Positions 45,201 to 54,258 of a DNA stretch of 60,544 nt are shown in pieces. The DNA is from a virus. Its lineage: Duplodnaviria; Caudoviricetes. The translations under genes were made by a program, and so were the position numbers. The notes beneath the pieces are model-generated. The model saw nothing but the letters and a program-made list of their open reading frames with translations. It was not told where the DNA came from and ran no database searches. The stretch lies in the IMG/VR virus record IMGVR_UViG_3300048996_000071, positions 1 to 60,544 of that record. One strand, given 5' to 3'. Each line of letters opens with the position of its first letter. Position 1 is the stretch's first letter.

Positions 45201-46383
45201 CGGCACCAAGTCGGCGCTGCTCACTGTGACCGGCACGCCAACCCAGGCGTACGCTCGTCCTGGAGAGATTCCCGTGGTCGGTGGCGACTGGTACTATGCT
45301 TCGACCTGGGTGCACTGTGTCGCGGGCTACTCGCTGGTCGGCGTCGCCATCGACTGGATCGACGCGACCCACACGTACATCAGCACCACGATCATGCCTG
45401 GCAATGGCGGCCCACTGGCTGCGAACACCTGGGAGCAGCGCGTCATTGCATCGGCACAGGCTCCGGCTAATGCCGCGTACGCTGTAGTTGGTCCGACGAT
45501 CAGTGGCAACCCGCCCACGAGCACTGCGGTGTCGTTCGACGATGTGGCATTCGACGAACTCAACTACCAGGTGTATGTATACGTCCAGGACACGGTTGGA
45601 CTCCAGGCAGTTGACAACGAACTGTTCATTACGGACTGGGTGCCACCGGCCCAGGCCGCCGCAACGGCCACCTCGCTTGACAACTTCAAGATTACGGTAG
45701 CCTGGACGAATGCGGCCCAGGACGCCAACTGGATTTCGTGGCGGGTATACAGGCGCTACATGGTGACGGCAACGTCGGACCTGGATCTGTATGACACGGC
45801 GCATGTATGGACCCTGGTGGACGAGCAGTTCGCGTCCTCGGCTAGCATGTCGTTCCAGGACTATCTGGCCCCGCTGAACAGGCAGATTCAGTACTGCGTG
45901 GTTCAGCTGGCTGACCGATTCGGGTCGATGATCGAGTCGGACATTGTAAGCATGTCGACGATTACCTTGGTCGGTGACCGGTACTACTTCGTACCCGAGG
46001 TTCCGATCGGCTCCATCGCATCGTTCGAGGCGGCCAACGTGACGGCCGATGGGTTCGCCAAGGAAGTCGAACAGGCAGTCATCCACGTCAAGGGTCGCGG
46101 GCGCCAGGTTCAGATCGGTGACGACTTGGGTTACATCGGAAGTCTCACCATCAAGTTGCGCAACCCGGCAACGGCTCGCCGGGACCGCGAGTTCTTCGAG
46201 TTCCTGTCCAGCGACGATGCTGGAAACGTCTACATCAGGAGCCCCTTCGGTGACGTCTTGTATGTAGCCTTTGGTAACATACCCACGACCCGAATCGCTG
46301 GGACTGGCCTGGGCGACATGGCTGACATTACAGTCCCTTACATGGTTGTGTTCGGCACTCTGCCGGTCACCCGTAACTCCTGA
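42250..46383 (+). CDS. large minor tail protein (lectin/FN3/CBM-like domains, possible Dit-like C-terminus)
   Basis: Thr/Ser-rich beta domains; DTFDRT, FEAG..GW and APANAAYA motifs. Confidence 0.78.
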   Translation: MSAVELRALGTTATYAPVMKRATAHLSTGQSVLVVPDMNLVGAQGADVSGTAKFLVYVSTDSARTAYTMFAYTPAVAPMLAAKSAICSVARSASDNRLLIAYQGIDNSVRLITLAWSGTAYTGGTEQTVIAANAVTNRIRAIDVDDTGPSIISPAVAVYESLASSGQGAYVRAYIRKDDQTTWIKAWEEQIFTSQFINAGSEDICIAWDASNLSANVNRLAIYYTRNHTTGDLGDKVVEISVNVNTATTNSATLTGTWFSNLNQNIAAGTRRGWLFSEASGVWMFATSVGSTSPFFMAARLYHNVFTGIIQNKTVQSPATQAQPTSVFNIVRSIFPQGAVACSFSDGRVMFTYSGLGLLVSYTTRSVVIRFSTTTTVTSALSIDTAPRIFDLGYTLADGVIGVYGGDNKRLSVGDFQFNVMAMYGNKGVSLNAINNDTFDRTVANGLGTSNSGYAWSVIGTASNYAVNGSAATMSMAAVNTAYKAITTAGPSAADSSQYVDITVPVLATGATINVGLVARYLNASNFYELNINFLTTNAIQLTVNKTVAGAVSTVAGPTASGLTHVAGTTYRIKLLVTGNAINAYIWSPGGVEPAPQIATTDASLSSAGQQGFSCSRNTGNTNGVQSITFDNYAYFAALQFISRRARAVTEDVPSAPTVVAPINTVVAKNTLDMRVQSQNINIYSNALGKVEVQLAVDAGFTTSLRTITEADSSYVSLSATTGTTPPIRVTTLTASGVNALFAGTWYLRARMIDDLGGASSYSATVSFIVSHPPTATPTAPAAGSSLIYGTGDVTFSWNFSDSEPTDTQSAYQVIVARLDTGAIVWDSGKVISSAKSAVNNFASGLKDIPMQWTVSLWDSGNSQGPLSAPGMFTVMDPPTVSITAPTGASTVTTALPTITWNFTAGGTRTQRGYRVLIYDRDPVPDVVVADTGWLMGAAVSYTFPTQVLQQSDINAFTEGFEAGVAGWTATNCTIASNAVNFHSGTKSALLTVTGTPTQAYARPGEIPVVGGDWYYASTWVHCVAGYSLVGVAIDWIDATHTYISTTIMPGNGGPLAANTWEQRVIASAQAPANAAYAVVGPTISGNPPTSTAVSFDDVAFDELNYQVYVYVQDTVGLQAVDNELFITDWVPPAQAAATATSLDNFKITVAWTNAAQDANWISWRVYRRYMVTATSDLDLYDTAHVWTLVDEQFASSASMSFQDYLAPLNRQIQYCVVQLADRFGSMIESDIVSMSTITLVGDRYYFVPEVPIGSIASFEAANVTADGFAKEVEQAVIHVKGRGRQVQIGDDLGYIGSLTIKLRNPATARRDREFFEFLSSDDAGNVYIRSPFGDVLYVAFGNIPTTRIAGTGLGDMADITVPYMVVFGTLPVTRNS

Positions 46384-46395
46384 GAGGGTGGCGTT

Positions 46396-47601
46396 ATGAG
46401 CTTCGCGCCCGGACCCTACCCTCCAATTCCGGACCAGGGTCTACCGCCGGACGAGGTGATTGATGCCTTGATCGCTGGCATTGTTCGTATCACTCGGCGG
46501 GTAGAGATTTACGAGAACGATGCGATTACTCCCTTCGACATTCCACTGTGGGATGGGCGACTTGTCGACGGAGAGGTGACCGTCGACCGCGAGCGTGACG
46601 AGCGTCGCATGTGCGACGTCACCCTCACGAACTACGACAACGCCTTGCGGATCAACCCGATCGACGGATTCTGGTACGACAAGATTCTCAAGGTGTTCTG
46701 GGGTATCCGGTACTTCTCGGCGGGCGTCGAGAAGCGATGGGAAACTCAGATCGGCGAGTTCCTGATCGACAGTATCTCCGAGGCGTCGTTCCCGCACACC
46801 GTAAAGATCGTCGGCAGGGACTACGCAAAGAAGTGTCTTCAGACAAAACTTAAGAGCAGCCTCTCGTTCTCGCAGTATACACCTGTCGAGGATATCATCG
46901 CCGCCCTTGCGGGCAACAGTGGCATCACGAAGCTGTCGTTGCCATACACCGGCCAGGGCTTCGCTCAGGACATCGTGTTCGAGCGAGGCACCGAGCGCTG
47001 GAAGGTGATGCGTCAGCTTGCCGAATCTATCGGGTATGAGCTATACTTCCGTGGTGACGGCAACCTCACCATGCGTCCGTACGGCGACCCGACCTTGAGT
47101 CCGCTACGATGGATCTTCAATCAGAGTCCACTCGACGGGACGCTGGTCAACTACGAGCGGACCAGTAACGACTCGAGAATCAAGAATCACATCATCGTCA
47201 CGGGCGCCACTACGACCGACCTGAACGGCTTCACTCAGACTGCATTTGGCGAGGCGATCAACAACGACACTATCTCGCCCACGAGGGTGTCGCGCATCGG
47301 CGACAGGGTGGACCCTATCGAGTCTGACTACATCACCGACAGCGTCCAAGCGCAGGCACTTGCGGAACAGCGCCTGCGCGTTTCGGCGCTGGAAGAGTTC
47401 GACATCAACTTCGAGAGCGTCATCATTCCCTGGCTTGACGGCGGTGATATCGTTGACATCGTAGACAGGGGCGAGGGAGAGTATGTCCCGAGCCGGTTCC
47501 TGTTGGTCAACTTCACATTCCCGCTAGCACTGAATCCGATGACAGGTACTGCCAGGCGTGTCACCATCGTCGGGACCACGCATGCTCTGGAGTATCAGTA
47601 A
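46396..47601 (+). CDS. minor tail/hub protein
   Basis: Synteny; PWLDGGDIV motif. Confidence 0.75.
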   Translation: MSFAPGPYPPIPDQGLPPDEVIDALIAGIVRITRRVEIYENDAITPFDIPLWDGRLVDGEVTVDRERDERRMCDVTLTNYDNALRINPIDGFWYDKILKVFWGIRYFSAGVEKRWETQIGEFLIDSISEASFPHTVKIVGRDYAKKCLQTKLKSSLSFSQYTPVEDIIAALAGNSGITKLSLPYTGQGFAQDIVFERGTERWKVMRQLAESIGYELYFRGDGNLTMRPYGDPTLSPLRWIFNQSPLDGTLVNYERTSNDSRIKNHIIVTGATTTDLNGFTQTAFGEAINNDTISPTRVSRIGDRVDPIESDYITDSVQAQALAEQRLRVSALEEFDINFESVIIPWLDGGDIVDIVDRGEGEYVPSRFLLVNFTFPLALNPMTGTARRVTIVGTTHALEYQ

Positions 47602-50078
47602 TGACTGACGAAACAGTAGGATTCGATAAGATTGACACGGCCTCCCGCGTGCGGGAGGTGATCAAGAAGCTTGCCAGGCAGACTGTGGCAAACGAGGTTC
47701 CGACCAAAAACATCGGTCGAGTTATGTCGGTTGACCTGCCGCGGCTCAGGGCGACGGTCTGGTTCCCGAACGACGAGCAGCCAATCGAGGTCAGGCTGCT
47801 AAGCTCGGTTATCCCCGGCGAGTGGCAGCATAAGTCTGCGACGAACGGCGGGTACGACTCGCTGTCGGGCTACGGCTCGCAGGCTGTGGTGCAGCGCCTC
47901 AATGGTTCGCTGTACATCACCGAGGTACTGACTGGCGGGCAGTTCAGTTTCGACCTCCGAACGATGAACCACAGCATCGTCGCACAGAAGGCTACTCCTA
48001 CCTCGGCAGGTAACACGACAAGTATCGAGCCGATCGTGGACCAGCCACTCGAGACGTTCATCAATTGCCGCGTTGTTGACAGCACGATCAACGAGGATCA
48101 GGCGATCGAGTTCGGCCCATTCACCCAGTACTACTCTGGCCAGCCTGGCATCGGTTTCATTGAGATGACGGTTGCACTTTCGCCGAACCGGGGAACCAAG
48201 TACTACAAGTTCGTGGTGAACCCCGCCCAGGAGTTCGACCACCCGGGCAGTACCGGAATCCTGGACAGCTGGTTCCGGATCATGTCGGAACACAGTATTG
48301 CGGACTCGGCTGGCACGATCGCTACGGCGGCGGACTGGGACCTGGACATCAGCTATAAGCGTACTGCGTACGGCAACACTAGCGAGTACGCGGGGTACCC
48401 TGAGATCTGGTTCCGCATCGTCAAGCGTTCCACGTGGACTGGCGGCCTCGATGCGTTGGTCACCCTCAGGGCCACCAACATTCAGAAGGCCCGCTCCTTG
48501 GGTGGTCGAGAGCTGTTCATGCAGGAGAAGCGAACTGGGCCGACCGAGATCCACGGGCACCTCGGATTTCACAACTCCAAGCATCTGTTTCGCGACACAG
48601 ACGACTATGCGCTGTTCGACAACTATGGACGCGTCACGCTGGCAGGTACTGGCTGGCAAACGTCCGACTCTGGCCAGGTGTGGTCCGGCACCACTGGCAT
48701 GAACGTCGACGGCGTATCAGGTGTCATGTCGCACACGGCTGCTAATCAGACATTCACTGCCCGTATCAACGACAACCAGACCCAGGTCGACGGAACCTGG
48801 GTGGTGTGGGTCGAGCAGGTCGCACTCGGTGCAGAGTTCCAGACGCAGGGTATCTTCAGGTTCCTCGATCAGAATAACAAGGTCGCGTTTAAGGTTATCT
48901 TTGACCTGCTCGGCGTGGTCAAGCTGTCGGTGATCGAAAGCTATCTTGGTGTGCACAACTTCGTAGGATCAGACGTCACCATGCCGTTCACGTACGCGGC
49001 GAACACGAAGATCCGAGTACGCGTGAAGATTACAACTGTCGGCGCGTACTACTTCAAGGCGTGGCTCGACGGCACTCGCGAACCAGAGACTTGGACCAAG
49101 ACGGGCAGCATCCCCAACATCACCGGTGGAACGAACTACGGGTACGGATTCCAGAACACAACCGGTGGCGCCAACTCGAACCCTCGCCCGTCGAACATCC
49201 ACTTCGCCGAGGCGAAGCTGTACGTTGCCAACCCGACTCTGGACAACGGCGGCGCACAGTGGCACACCGGGCCGTGGCGGAGTGGCCTGCTGCGAGTTGC
49301 GAGTGATGTGCAAAAAGCCTTCACCACGTCCGTTGCAGGCTGGGGTTGGGATGGCAGTAGAGTCAAGTGGTACGTGATTTTCCTGCACGGACCCGGCCCC
49401 CACCGTAACGGGCTCGCAGTGGGTAGATCCAATCTTGAGATGCCAGACGTTGGCGCCACGATCCCTGTAGTTCCTAACGGAACTACAGTTACCGTTAACA
49501 GTTCCGGGATTCCACTCGCTCCGGAGCAGGCGTTGTACTGTGCCATTCCGCCCGGCTCCGACTGGCGAGACCTTGGCCAGTTCCTGTTCATCGTGGATGG
49601 AACAAGCACTCGCGACTATCAGCTGCCCGAGTGGGCAGTGCTGATCGCCTCGCGTGGGCCATCTGGTAATGCCGTCTTTGCTTTCAATGCTCGTCCCGAG
49701 TTGAAACTGGGCGACGGAAGTCAGCTAGACTCGTGGCATGCACTTCCGTTCCGCGGTGGCTGGTCGGACTATGGCGGTCAGTGGCAGGGCGCACAGTACC
49801 GCATGGAGCCTGGTAACGTAGTCCGCCTGCGTGGGCTCTTCAAGGCAAACGCGGCAACTGTTGGAACGCCCTCGATTGTTGGCGTGTTCGCCGATATGCC
49901 TACCTTCTTTTCGCCGCCGCTAGAAGAGGTTTTCCACACCATCGCTTCGGGCAGTGGACTCGGGGCGGCACGCATCGAGGTATTCCCCGATGGCAGGCTG
50001 GAGACTCCACAGCAGATGAACGGCGGCGGAGCTCTGTGGATCTCGCTGGCAGGTATTACGTGGGTAGCCAACATGTGA
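47601..50078 (+). CDS. minor tail/receptor-binding protein
   Basis: C-terminal VVRLRG...ARIEVFPDG...WISLAGITW fibre-tip motif. Confidence 0.75.
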   Translation: MTDETVGFDKIDTASRVREVIKKLARQTVANEVPTKNIGRVMSVDLPRLRATVWFPNDEQPIEVRLLSSVIPGEWQHKSATNGGYDSLSGYGSQAVVQRLNGSLYITEVLTGGQFSFDLRTMNHSIVAQKATPTSAGNTTSIEPIVDQPLETFINCRVVDSTINEDQAIEFGPFTQYYSGQPGIGFIEMTVALSPNRGTKYYKFVVNPAQEFDHPGSTGILDSWFRIMSEHSIADSAGTIATAADWDLDISYKRTAYGNTSEYAGYPEIWFRIVKRSTWTGGLDALVTLRATNIQKARSLGGRELFMQEKRTGPTEIHGHLGFHNSKHLFRDTDDYALFDNYGRVTLAGTGWQTSDSGQVWSGTTGMNVDGVSGVMSHTAANQTFTARINDNQTQVDGTWVVWVEQVALGAEFQTQGIFRFLDQNNKVAFKVIFDLLGVVKLSVIESYLGVHNFVGSDVTMPFTYAANTKIRVRVKITTVGAYYFKAWLDGTREPETWTKTGSIPNITGGTNYGYGFQNTTGGANSNPRPSNIHFAEAKLYVANPTLDNGGAQWHTGPWRSGLLRVASDVQKAFTTSVAGWGWDGSRVKWYVIFLHGPGPHRNGLAVGRSNLEMPDVGATIPVVPNGTTVTVNSSGIPLAPEQALYCAIPPGSDWRDLGQFLFIVDGTSTRDYQLPEWAVLIASRGPSGNAVFAFNARPELKLGDGSQLDSWHALPFRGGWSDYGGQWQGAQYRMEPGNVVRLRGLFKANAATVGTPSIVGVFADMPTFFSPPLEEVFHTIASGSGLGAARIEVFPDGRLETPQQMNGGGALWISLAGITWVANM

Positions 50079-50125
50079 CGATGCTTGACGCGCCGTGTAG
50101 CTTCATGATGGAAGGAGGGCCAACA

Positions 50126-50467
50126 ATGTCTGAACCTGAACAGCCAAGCGACAAGAGCCCACTCTGGAACCTCGTCCATCTCAGCCCGGCACTGTATATC
50201 GGCCTTGTCGTAGCAGTTGCTGGCGTCCTCGGCGCCTTCGGTCTGGCCATCAGTGGCGAGCAGAAAGAGTCTCTCGGGACTCTCGTTCTCTCGGTGGTTG
50301 CTATCCTGCAGGCCGTGTGGACGGGCGCCAAGACGACTCCCAACAAGAAGGTCGTCGTTGTTGCGCCAGACCCGATCGCCCAGCCGACGCTGGTAGTGCC
50401 GGGCGAGGCGACTACTACGGCCCGACAGGTCGACATTCTCGACGCTGCGCGTGGCATGCCCCAGTAA
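50126..50467 (+). CDS. holin-like membrane protein
   Basis: Two transmembrane segments ending AKTTP; GGAGG RBS; lysis cassette. Confidence 0.65.
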   Translation: MSEPEQPSDKSPLWNLVHLSPALYIGLVVAVAGVLGAFGLAISGEQKESLGTLVLSVVAILQAVWTGAKTTPNKKVVVVAPDPIAQPTLVVPGEATTTARQVDILDAARGMPQ

Positions 50468-50476
50468 GGGAGAGTC

Positions 50477-50722
50477 ATGTTCGTGCGGGTATTCTTCGGG
50501 TGGCTCGGCAAGAGGTACCCGCACCGAGACTGGCGGGCGGTTCGCACATTCTGTGCGTGGCTGGTCATCGATGTAGTGCTGGTCAACTGGCCGGTGTCGA
50601 TGCTCACCTACGCCAGCAACGAGCCGCCCCTCATTCTTTCACTCAGTTGGTTGGCGCTGTTGATTGAGGCTATTAGCCTCTTGACGGCAAGCCAGGTCCA
50701 CGAAGAGACGGGAACCAATTAG
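50477..50722 (+). CDS. membrane protein
   Basis: Two hydrophobic segments. Confidence 0.65.
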   Translation: MFVRVFFGWLGKRYPHRDWRAVRTFCAWLVIDVVLVNWPVSMLTYASNEPPLILSLSWLALLIEAISLLTASQVHEETGTN

Positions 50723-51586
50723 ATGTTGCTGACGCCAGACTTCACACTGCCAAGCCCAAACGTGCGCGCCTCGAACACCACCGACGCGGTGTGGTGGCTG
50801 AGGTGCCACCTGCTCGAGTTGGAGCCGGACACAGAGGACGGCGGCACCTACGCCAACAAGCCCGGGTTCCACAACAAGGGCAAGCAGGTTCGCGACAACG
50901 GTGCTTACAACTCGACCACGGATTATTCTATCCGGCAGGCCGTCAACCGCGAAGGTATTTGGTGGCGGGAATTCAGCTCCGCCTTCGACTGGACCTTCAA
51001 GTCCGCACAGCGTGGTGACTACTCGAACATCGCCACGTACACGCAGCGACTGTTCGCCGCGGCGCTCGATCCGAACGACACACGCCTCGACGGTCTGTAC
51101 GAGTTTTACGGTCAGGCCGACTTCGACAAGGTCGTGGAAGGCTACAACGAGTGGGAAGAGCGGAACGTCAGTTCCGATCCGTCTCACCTGTGGCACCTGC
51201 ACTTCTCGTTCCTCCGCAAGTACACCGGCGACTTCCTCATCATGTACGCCATCTACACTGTCCTGGCTGGCTGGACCATGCAGGAGTGGCTCGACAGCTT
51301 CGGCGACACTCCGGTCGAGACGCCTCCTCCCACGCCGATCCCGATGCCGGAGGGACTCCCGTTCTATCAGCTCGGCACCCGCGTGCTGCGGGACCTCAAT
51401 CCGGACATGACGGGCACCGACATTCTGTACATCCAGAAGTTCATCGGTCCCGAGAAGTGCGGCGCAGCTGACGGAGGCTACGGCCCCAAGACCACGTCCG
51501 GTGTCCGGTGGTATCAGCGCATGCGCGGCCTCAACGACGATGGCATCGTCGGCCCTGCCACCTGGCACAACATGGGTGTGCGGTAA
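50723..51586 (+). CDS. endolysin (Zn-peptidase-like domain plus peptidoglycan-binding domain)
   Basis: GFH...SAFD...SHLWHLH; C-terminal DG.YGPKT...YQ...GL.DDGIVGP.TW. Confidence 0.85.
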   Translation: MLLTPDFTLPSPNVRASNTTDAVWWLRCHLLELEPDTEDGGTYANKPGFHNKGKQVRDNGAYNSTTDYSIRQAVNREGIWWREFSSAFDWTFKSAQRGDYSNIATYTQRLFAAALDPNDTRLDGLYEFYGQADFDKVVEGYNEWEERNVSSDPSHLWHLHFSFLRKYTGDFLIMYAIYTVLAGWTMQEWLDSFGDTPVETPPPTPIPMPEGLPFYQLGTRVLRDLNPDMTGTDILYIQKFIGPEKCGAADGGYGPKTTSGVRWYQRMRGLNDDGIVGPATWHNMGVR

Positions 51587-51616
51587 CCTTCTAGTTTAAC
51601 TACGCACGCGGAGGGT

Positions 51617-51955
51617 ATGCGAGCAATGTCGGCTCTCCAGGTAGGCATCGCCGTGATCAGTGCGCTGGTCGCCGTGATCCAAAGTGGAGCCGTTGCGATC
51701 CTGGTTTGGGTCTTCAAGCGGGTCATCGGCGGCGGCCTGGTTGCAAGAAGCGTTCTAGAGGACGTCCGCAAGGACCGTGACGAGAGGGTGGCCGACGCCG
51801 TAGAGGCTGCCGCTTTGTGGCAGGCTGCGCATATCAGGAGTGAAGAAGCGCGCGGGGTGCAGGCAGCGCACGTGAATCAGCTGCTCGAAACAGGTCGGAT
51901 TGCTGAAGCACTGCTGCGCTCCCTGCAGCCCCACGACAGGGAGCCTCAGACGTGA
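51617..51955 (+). CDS. membrane protein (lysis cassette)
   Basis: N-terminal transmembrane segment plus coiled coil. Confidence 0.65.
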   Translation: MRAMSALQVGIAVISALVAVIQSGAVAILVWVFKRVIGGGLVARSVLEDVRKDRDERVADAVEAAALWQAAHIRSEEARGVQAAHVNQLLETGRIAEALLRSLQPHDREPQT

Positions 51956-52188
51956 AGTGGAAGCTACGGTTCTTCGGGGGAGGGCCAGATGATGACGTGG
52001 ACACCGTAGATCTTACGGAACAGAAGGTCGCCGCGCGGGCGGCACTTGCGAAGTCCACCCAAGCTCTGGCGGAGGCACGGCGACGCGGACCGGAGGTAGC
52101 GCGCGTAAGCAGATCGTTGCGGGAGATCCGGGCGAAGAATCATTTCGCCGAGATGATCCAGGATTCTTTCAGGGGTAGTACATCATGA
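51952..52188 (+). CDS. hypothetical protein
   Basis: GTGA overlap; NHFAE motif. Confidence 0.65.
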   Translation: MKWKLRFFGGGPDDDVDTVDLTEQKVAARAALAKSTQALAEARRRGPEVARVSRSLREIRAKNHFAEMIQDSFRGSTS

Positions 52189-52466
52189 TCACCGTACTGA
52201 TCGGCCTCACTGCCTTGGGGGCGATTGGCTTCTGTTTCTTGTATGCGTTGCTGGCCCCGTTCTACAAGAGCGAGGGCGGCTGGAATATGATGGCCTTCAT
52301 GGTCATCGTCGGCACGATGGTGACGCTGTCCCTCTACTTCCGGAGTACTGGCACTCGGGCGCCGGACTGGTTGGCATATGTCCTGTGGGGGATGTGCTGC
52401 GCGTGCGTGTGGTGGAGGGTCACAATCCTTCTGCGGGCGCAACTCAAGAGATGGACTTCCCGCTAG
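52185..52466 (+). CDS. three-transmembrane protein (holin-like)
   Basis: ATGA overlap; hydrophobic. Confidence 0.65.
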   Translation: MITVLIGLTALGAIGFCFLYALLAPFYKSEGGWNMMAFMVIVGTMVTLSLYFRSTGTRAPDWLAYVLWGMCCACVWWRVTILLRAQLKRWTSR

Positions 52467-52475
52467 TCGGGAAAG

Positions 52476-52522
52476 AGAGAACGGCTCGGTGCTCTGTTGG
52501 GGTGAGCACCGAGCCGTTCTCT
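52476..52522. terminator. terminator between convergent arms
   Basis: 19-bp perfect stem AGAGAACGGCTCGGTGCTC/GAGCACCGAGCCGTTCTCT. Confidence 0.85.
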
Positions 52523-52526
52523 TACT

Positions 52527-52826
52527 TCAGTTCGATCTGCGATTCTCCTTGAGCCACTTGCGTGCCGCCGCAATGGCGCGCAGCCTGGCGATACCGCCTG
52601 GCGATGTGGTACGAATTGGCATCTTGACTGTCTGTGGCATTCTGTACCAGCAGGCAGAGCATGCTACCATCTCCCGGGACACTCCCGTCTTGTCGCAGCC
52701 AGGGCAGTCCATGTCATCTGGGGGCATCAGTTCGTCGCGACAATCAGAGCGGCACCAGGTGCCGCAAGGAGCGGTGGTCCAGCGATGCACAGGAGTAGCC
52801 CCAGGCCGCCACGCTTCGGCGCCCAC
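52527..52826 (-). CDS. Cys-rich hypothetical protein (start uncertain)
   Basis: CPGC...CSACW motif. Confidence 0.5.
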   Translation of the reverse strand: MGAEAWRPGATPVHRWTTAPCGTWCRSDCRDELMPPDDMDCPGCDKTGVSREMVACSACWYRMPQTVKMPIRTTSPGGIARLRAIAAARKWLKENRRSN

Positions 52827-52896
52827 ACAGGTTGTAGCATTCCCGTGAGCGCACTTGCGATGCCGAGTGCCAGCAGAACGAATCCGAGAATTCGCA

Positions 52897-53259
52897 TCAG
52901 CCCTCCACGTTCACTAGTTCGGACCAGACGGTGCCCGCCTCGTCCACGAGGAAGAACTCCCAGCGGAGTAGATCACACTCGCGGATGTCGGCCTCCACGC
53001 CTTCTTCGAAGAAGTGTCTTTCGTAGATGCCGATCGTGTCGGCGTAGTCACTGTCACCAGTGATGAACAGCAGACGCTCTTCGTTAACAGCGTCGAGGTT
53101 GCTCGCGATCGGCTTCCCGATCAGGGGGGATGCGTCGTAGAGCGACGCATCCAGCTTCGCCCCGAACGCCACCCTGCACCGAAGTTCGATGTGCAGCTCG
53201 CTCGTCGGTGGCGCTCCGGCCTTGAGGACGATCTTGCGCTGCGTGGTGATGTCTGTCAT
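52897..53259 (-). CDS. hypothetical protein
   Basis: GGAGGAG RBS; ATGA overlap. Confidence 0.65.
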   Translation of the reverse strand: MTDITTQRKIVLKAGAPPTSELHIELRCRVAFGAKLDASLYDASPLIGKPIASNLDAVNEERLLFITGDSDYADTIGIYERHFFEEGVEADIRECDLLRWEFFLVDEAGTVWSELVNVEG

Positions 53260-53591
53260 AACTCCTCCAGGTTAGCTCGCTTGCGAAGAGTATCGATATG
53301 CCACATGAGTGCAAGGATACATGTACCCTTGTTTCCAGTGACGTGCTCGAAGGCCGTCAGCGCCGACACCGCTACATCGAGTAGTTCCTTCTTGACGTCG
53401 TCGATCCCGCCGTGAACTCCTTTGCGTGGGTTCTGTCCGGTCACGCCAATGTAGGCTGCGATGACCTCTCCGGCCTCCTCCTGCACCTTTGCCAGGCGGC
53501 CCCACGTGAGCGCCTCTGGATCGCGAGTAGCATTGGCGGGTGACTCGTCAATCCACTTGCTCAGGTTTGCAATCGTTCTGGACACCGTCAC
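53256..53591 (-). CDS. MazG-like nucleotide pyrophosphohydrolase
   Basis: KVQEEAGEV...GQNPRKG...KELLDVA. Confidence 0.8.
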   Translation of the reverse strand: MTVSRTIANLSKWIDESPANATRDPEALTWGRLAKVQEEAGEVIAAYIGVTGQNPRKGVHGGIDDVKKELLDVAVSALTAFEHVTGNKGTCILALMWHIDTLRKRANLEEL

Positions 53592-53755
53592 CCCCTCGTC
53601 TCCCATGCGTGCGGGTACGGCGACGGCGTGACGGTCATCCTCGCGGGCTGTGGCACATCGTGCGGCACGTTCCGGCGCCGGGCACACCCTACGACGGACG
53701 CCAAGAGGAATGCCGTCACGACGGCGAAGACAGTCAATCGCTTGCGTAGTGTCAT
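53588..53755 (-). CDS. small lipoprotein (MTLRKRLTVFAVVTAFLLASVVGC...)
   Basis: Manual translation; basic N-terminus, hydrophobic region, lipobox VVGC; GTGA overlap. Confidence 0.55.
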   Translation of the reverse strand: MTLRKRLTVFAVVTAFLLASVVGCARRRNVPHDVPQPARMTVTPSPYPHAWETRG

Positions 53756-53918
53756 CAGAAATCCTGCCTCTCTTTCGGGCGTCTGTCATTCTCGTCGCGG
53801 ACCGGCGGAAGATCCTGGTGGACGAAGGCAGGCTCCGGGAGTCCGCAGCGAACGCTGCTAGCGCCGCCGACCAGGGCGGTGCACCAGCCCAACTTGTCCG
53901 GCTTGTATTCGTGCTTGT

Positions 53919-54149
53919 TCATTCCTCCTCCTTGAGATCGACCTTCTCGACCTGCATCGTCCTCAGGTTCAGGACGTAGACCTCGTCGAGCTTCTTGTGA
54001 TACGTCGCCAGGACGCCGGCGGTCAGCATGGCGTCATGCTCGCTGTCAGCCGGAAGGGCGGCAGCGAGGTTGAGCTGGTCGGCATAGTCGACGTAGTAGA
54101 CCGTCGGGCCGACGACGAGAATGCTCTTGATTGGCGTCATTGCAGGCAT
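53919..54149 (-). CDS. hypothetical protein
   Basis: GGGAG RBS. Confidence 0.55.
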   Translation of the reverse strand: MPAMTPIKSILVVGPTVYYVDYADQLNLAAALPADSEHDAMLTAGVLATYHKKLDEVYVLNLRTMQVEKVDLKEEE

Positions 54150-54258
54150 TACTCCCGCTCTCCGTTGCAGTACCGGTAGCCCGGCACCTCGTCGTCACTC
54201 TTGTACCAGTCGTGCTCTTCGTGAGCCCCGACCTCTTCGCAATGCTCTACCGGAATCA

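Noticed and set aside
24844-50524. Long minus-strand ORFs (e.g. 26245..27738, 29686..31005, 34486..35931, 40645..41907)
   Set aside because: Antisense shadows of GC-biased structural genes.
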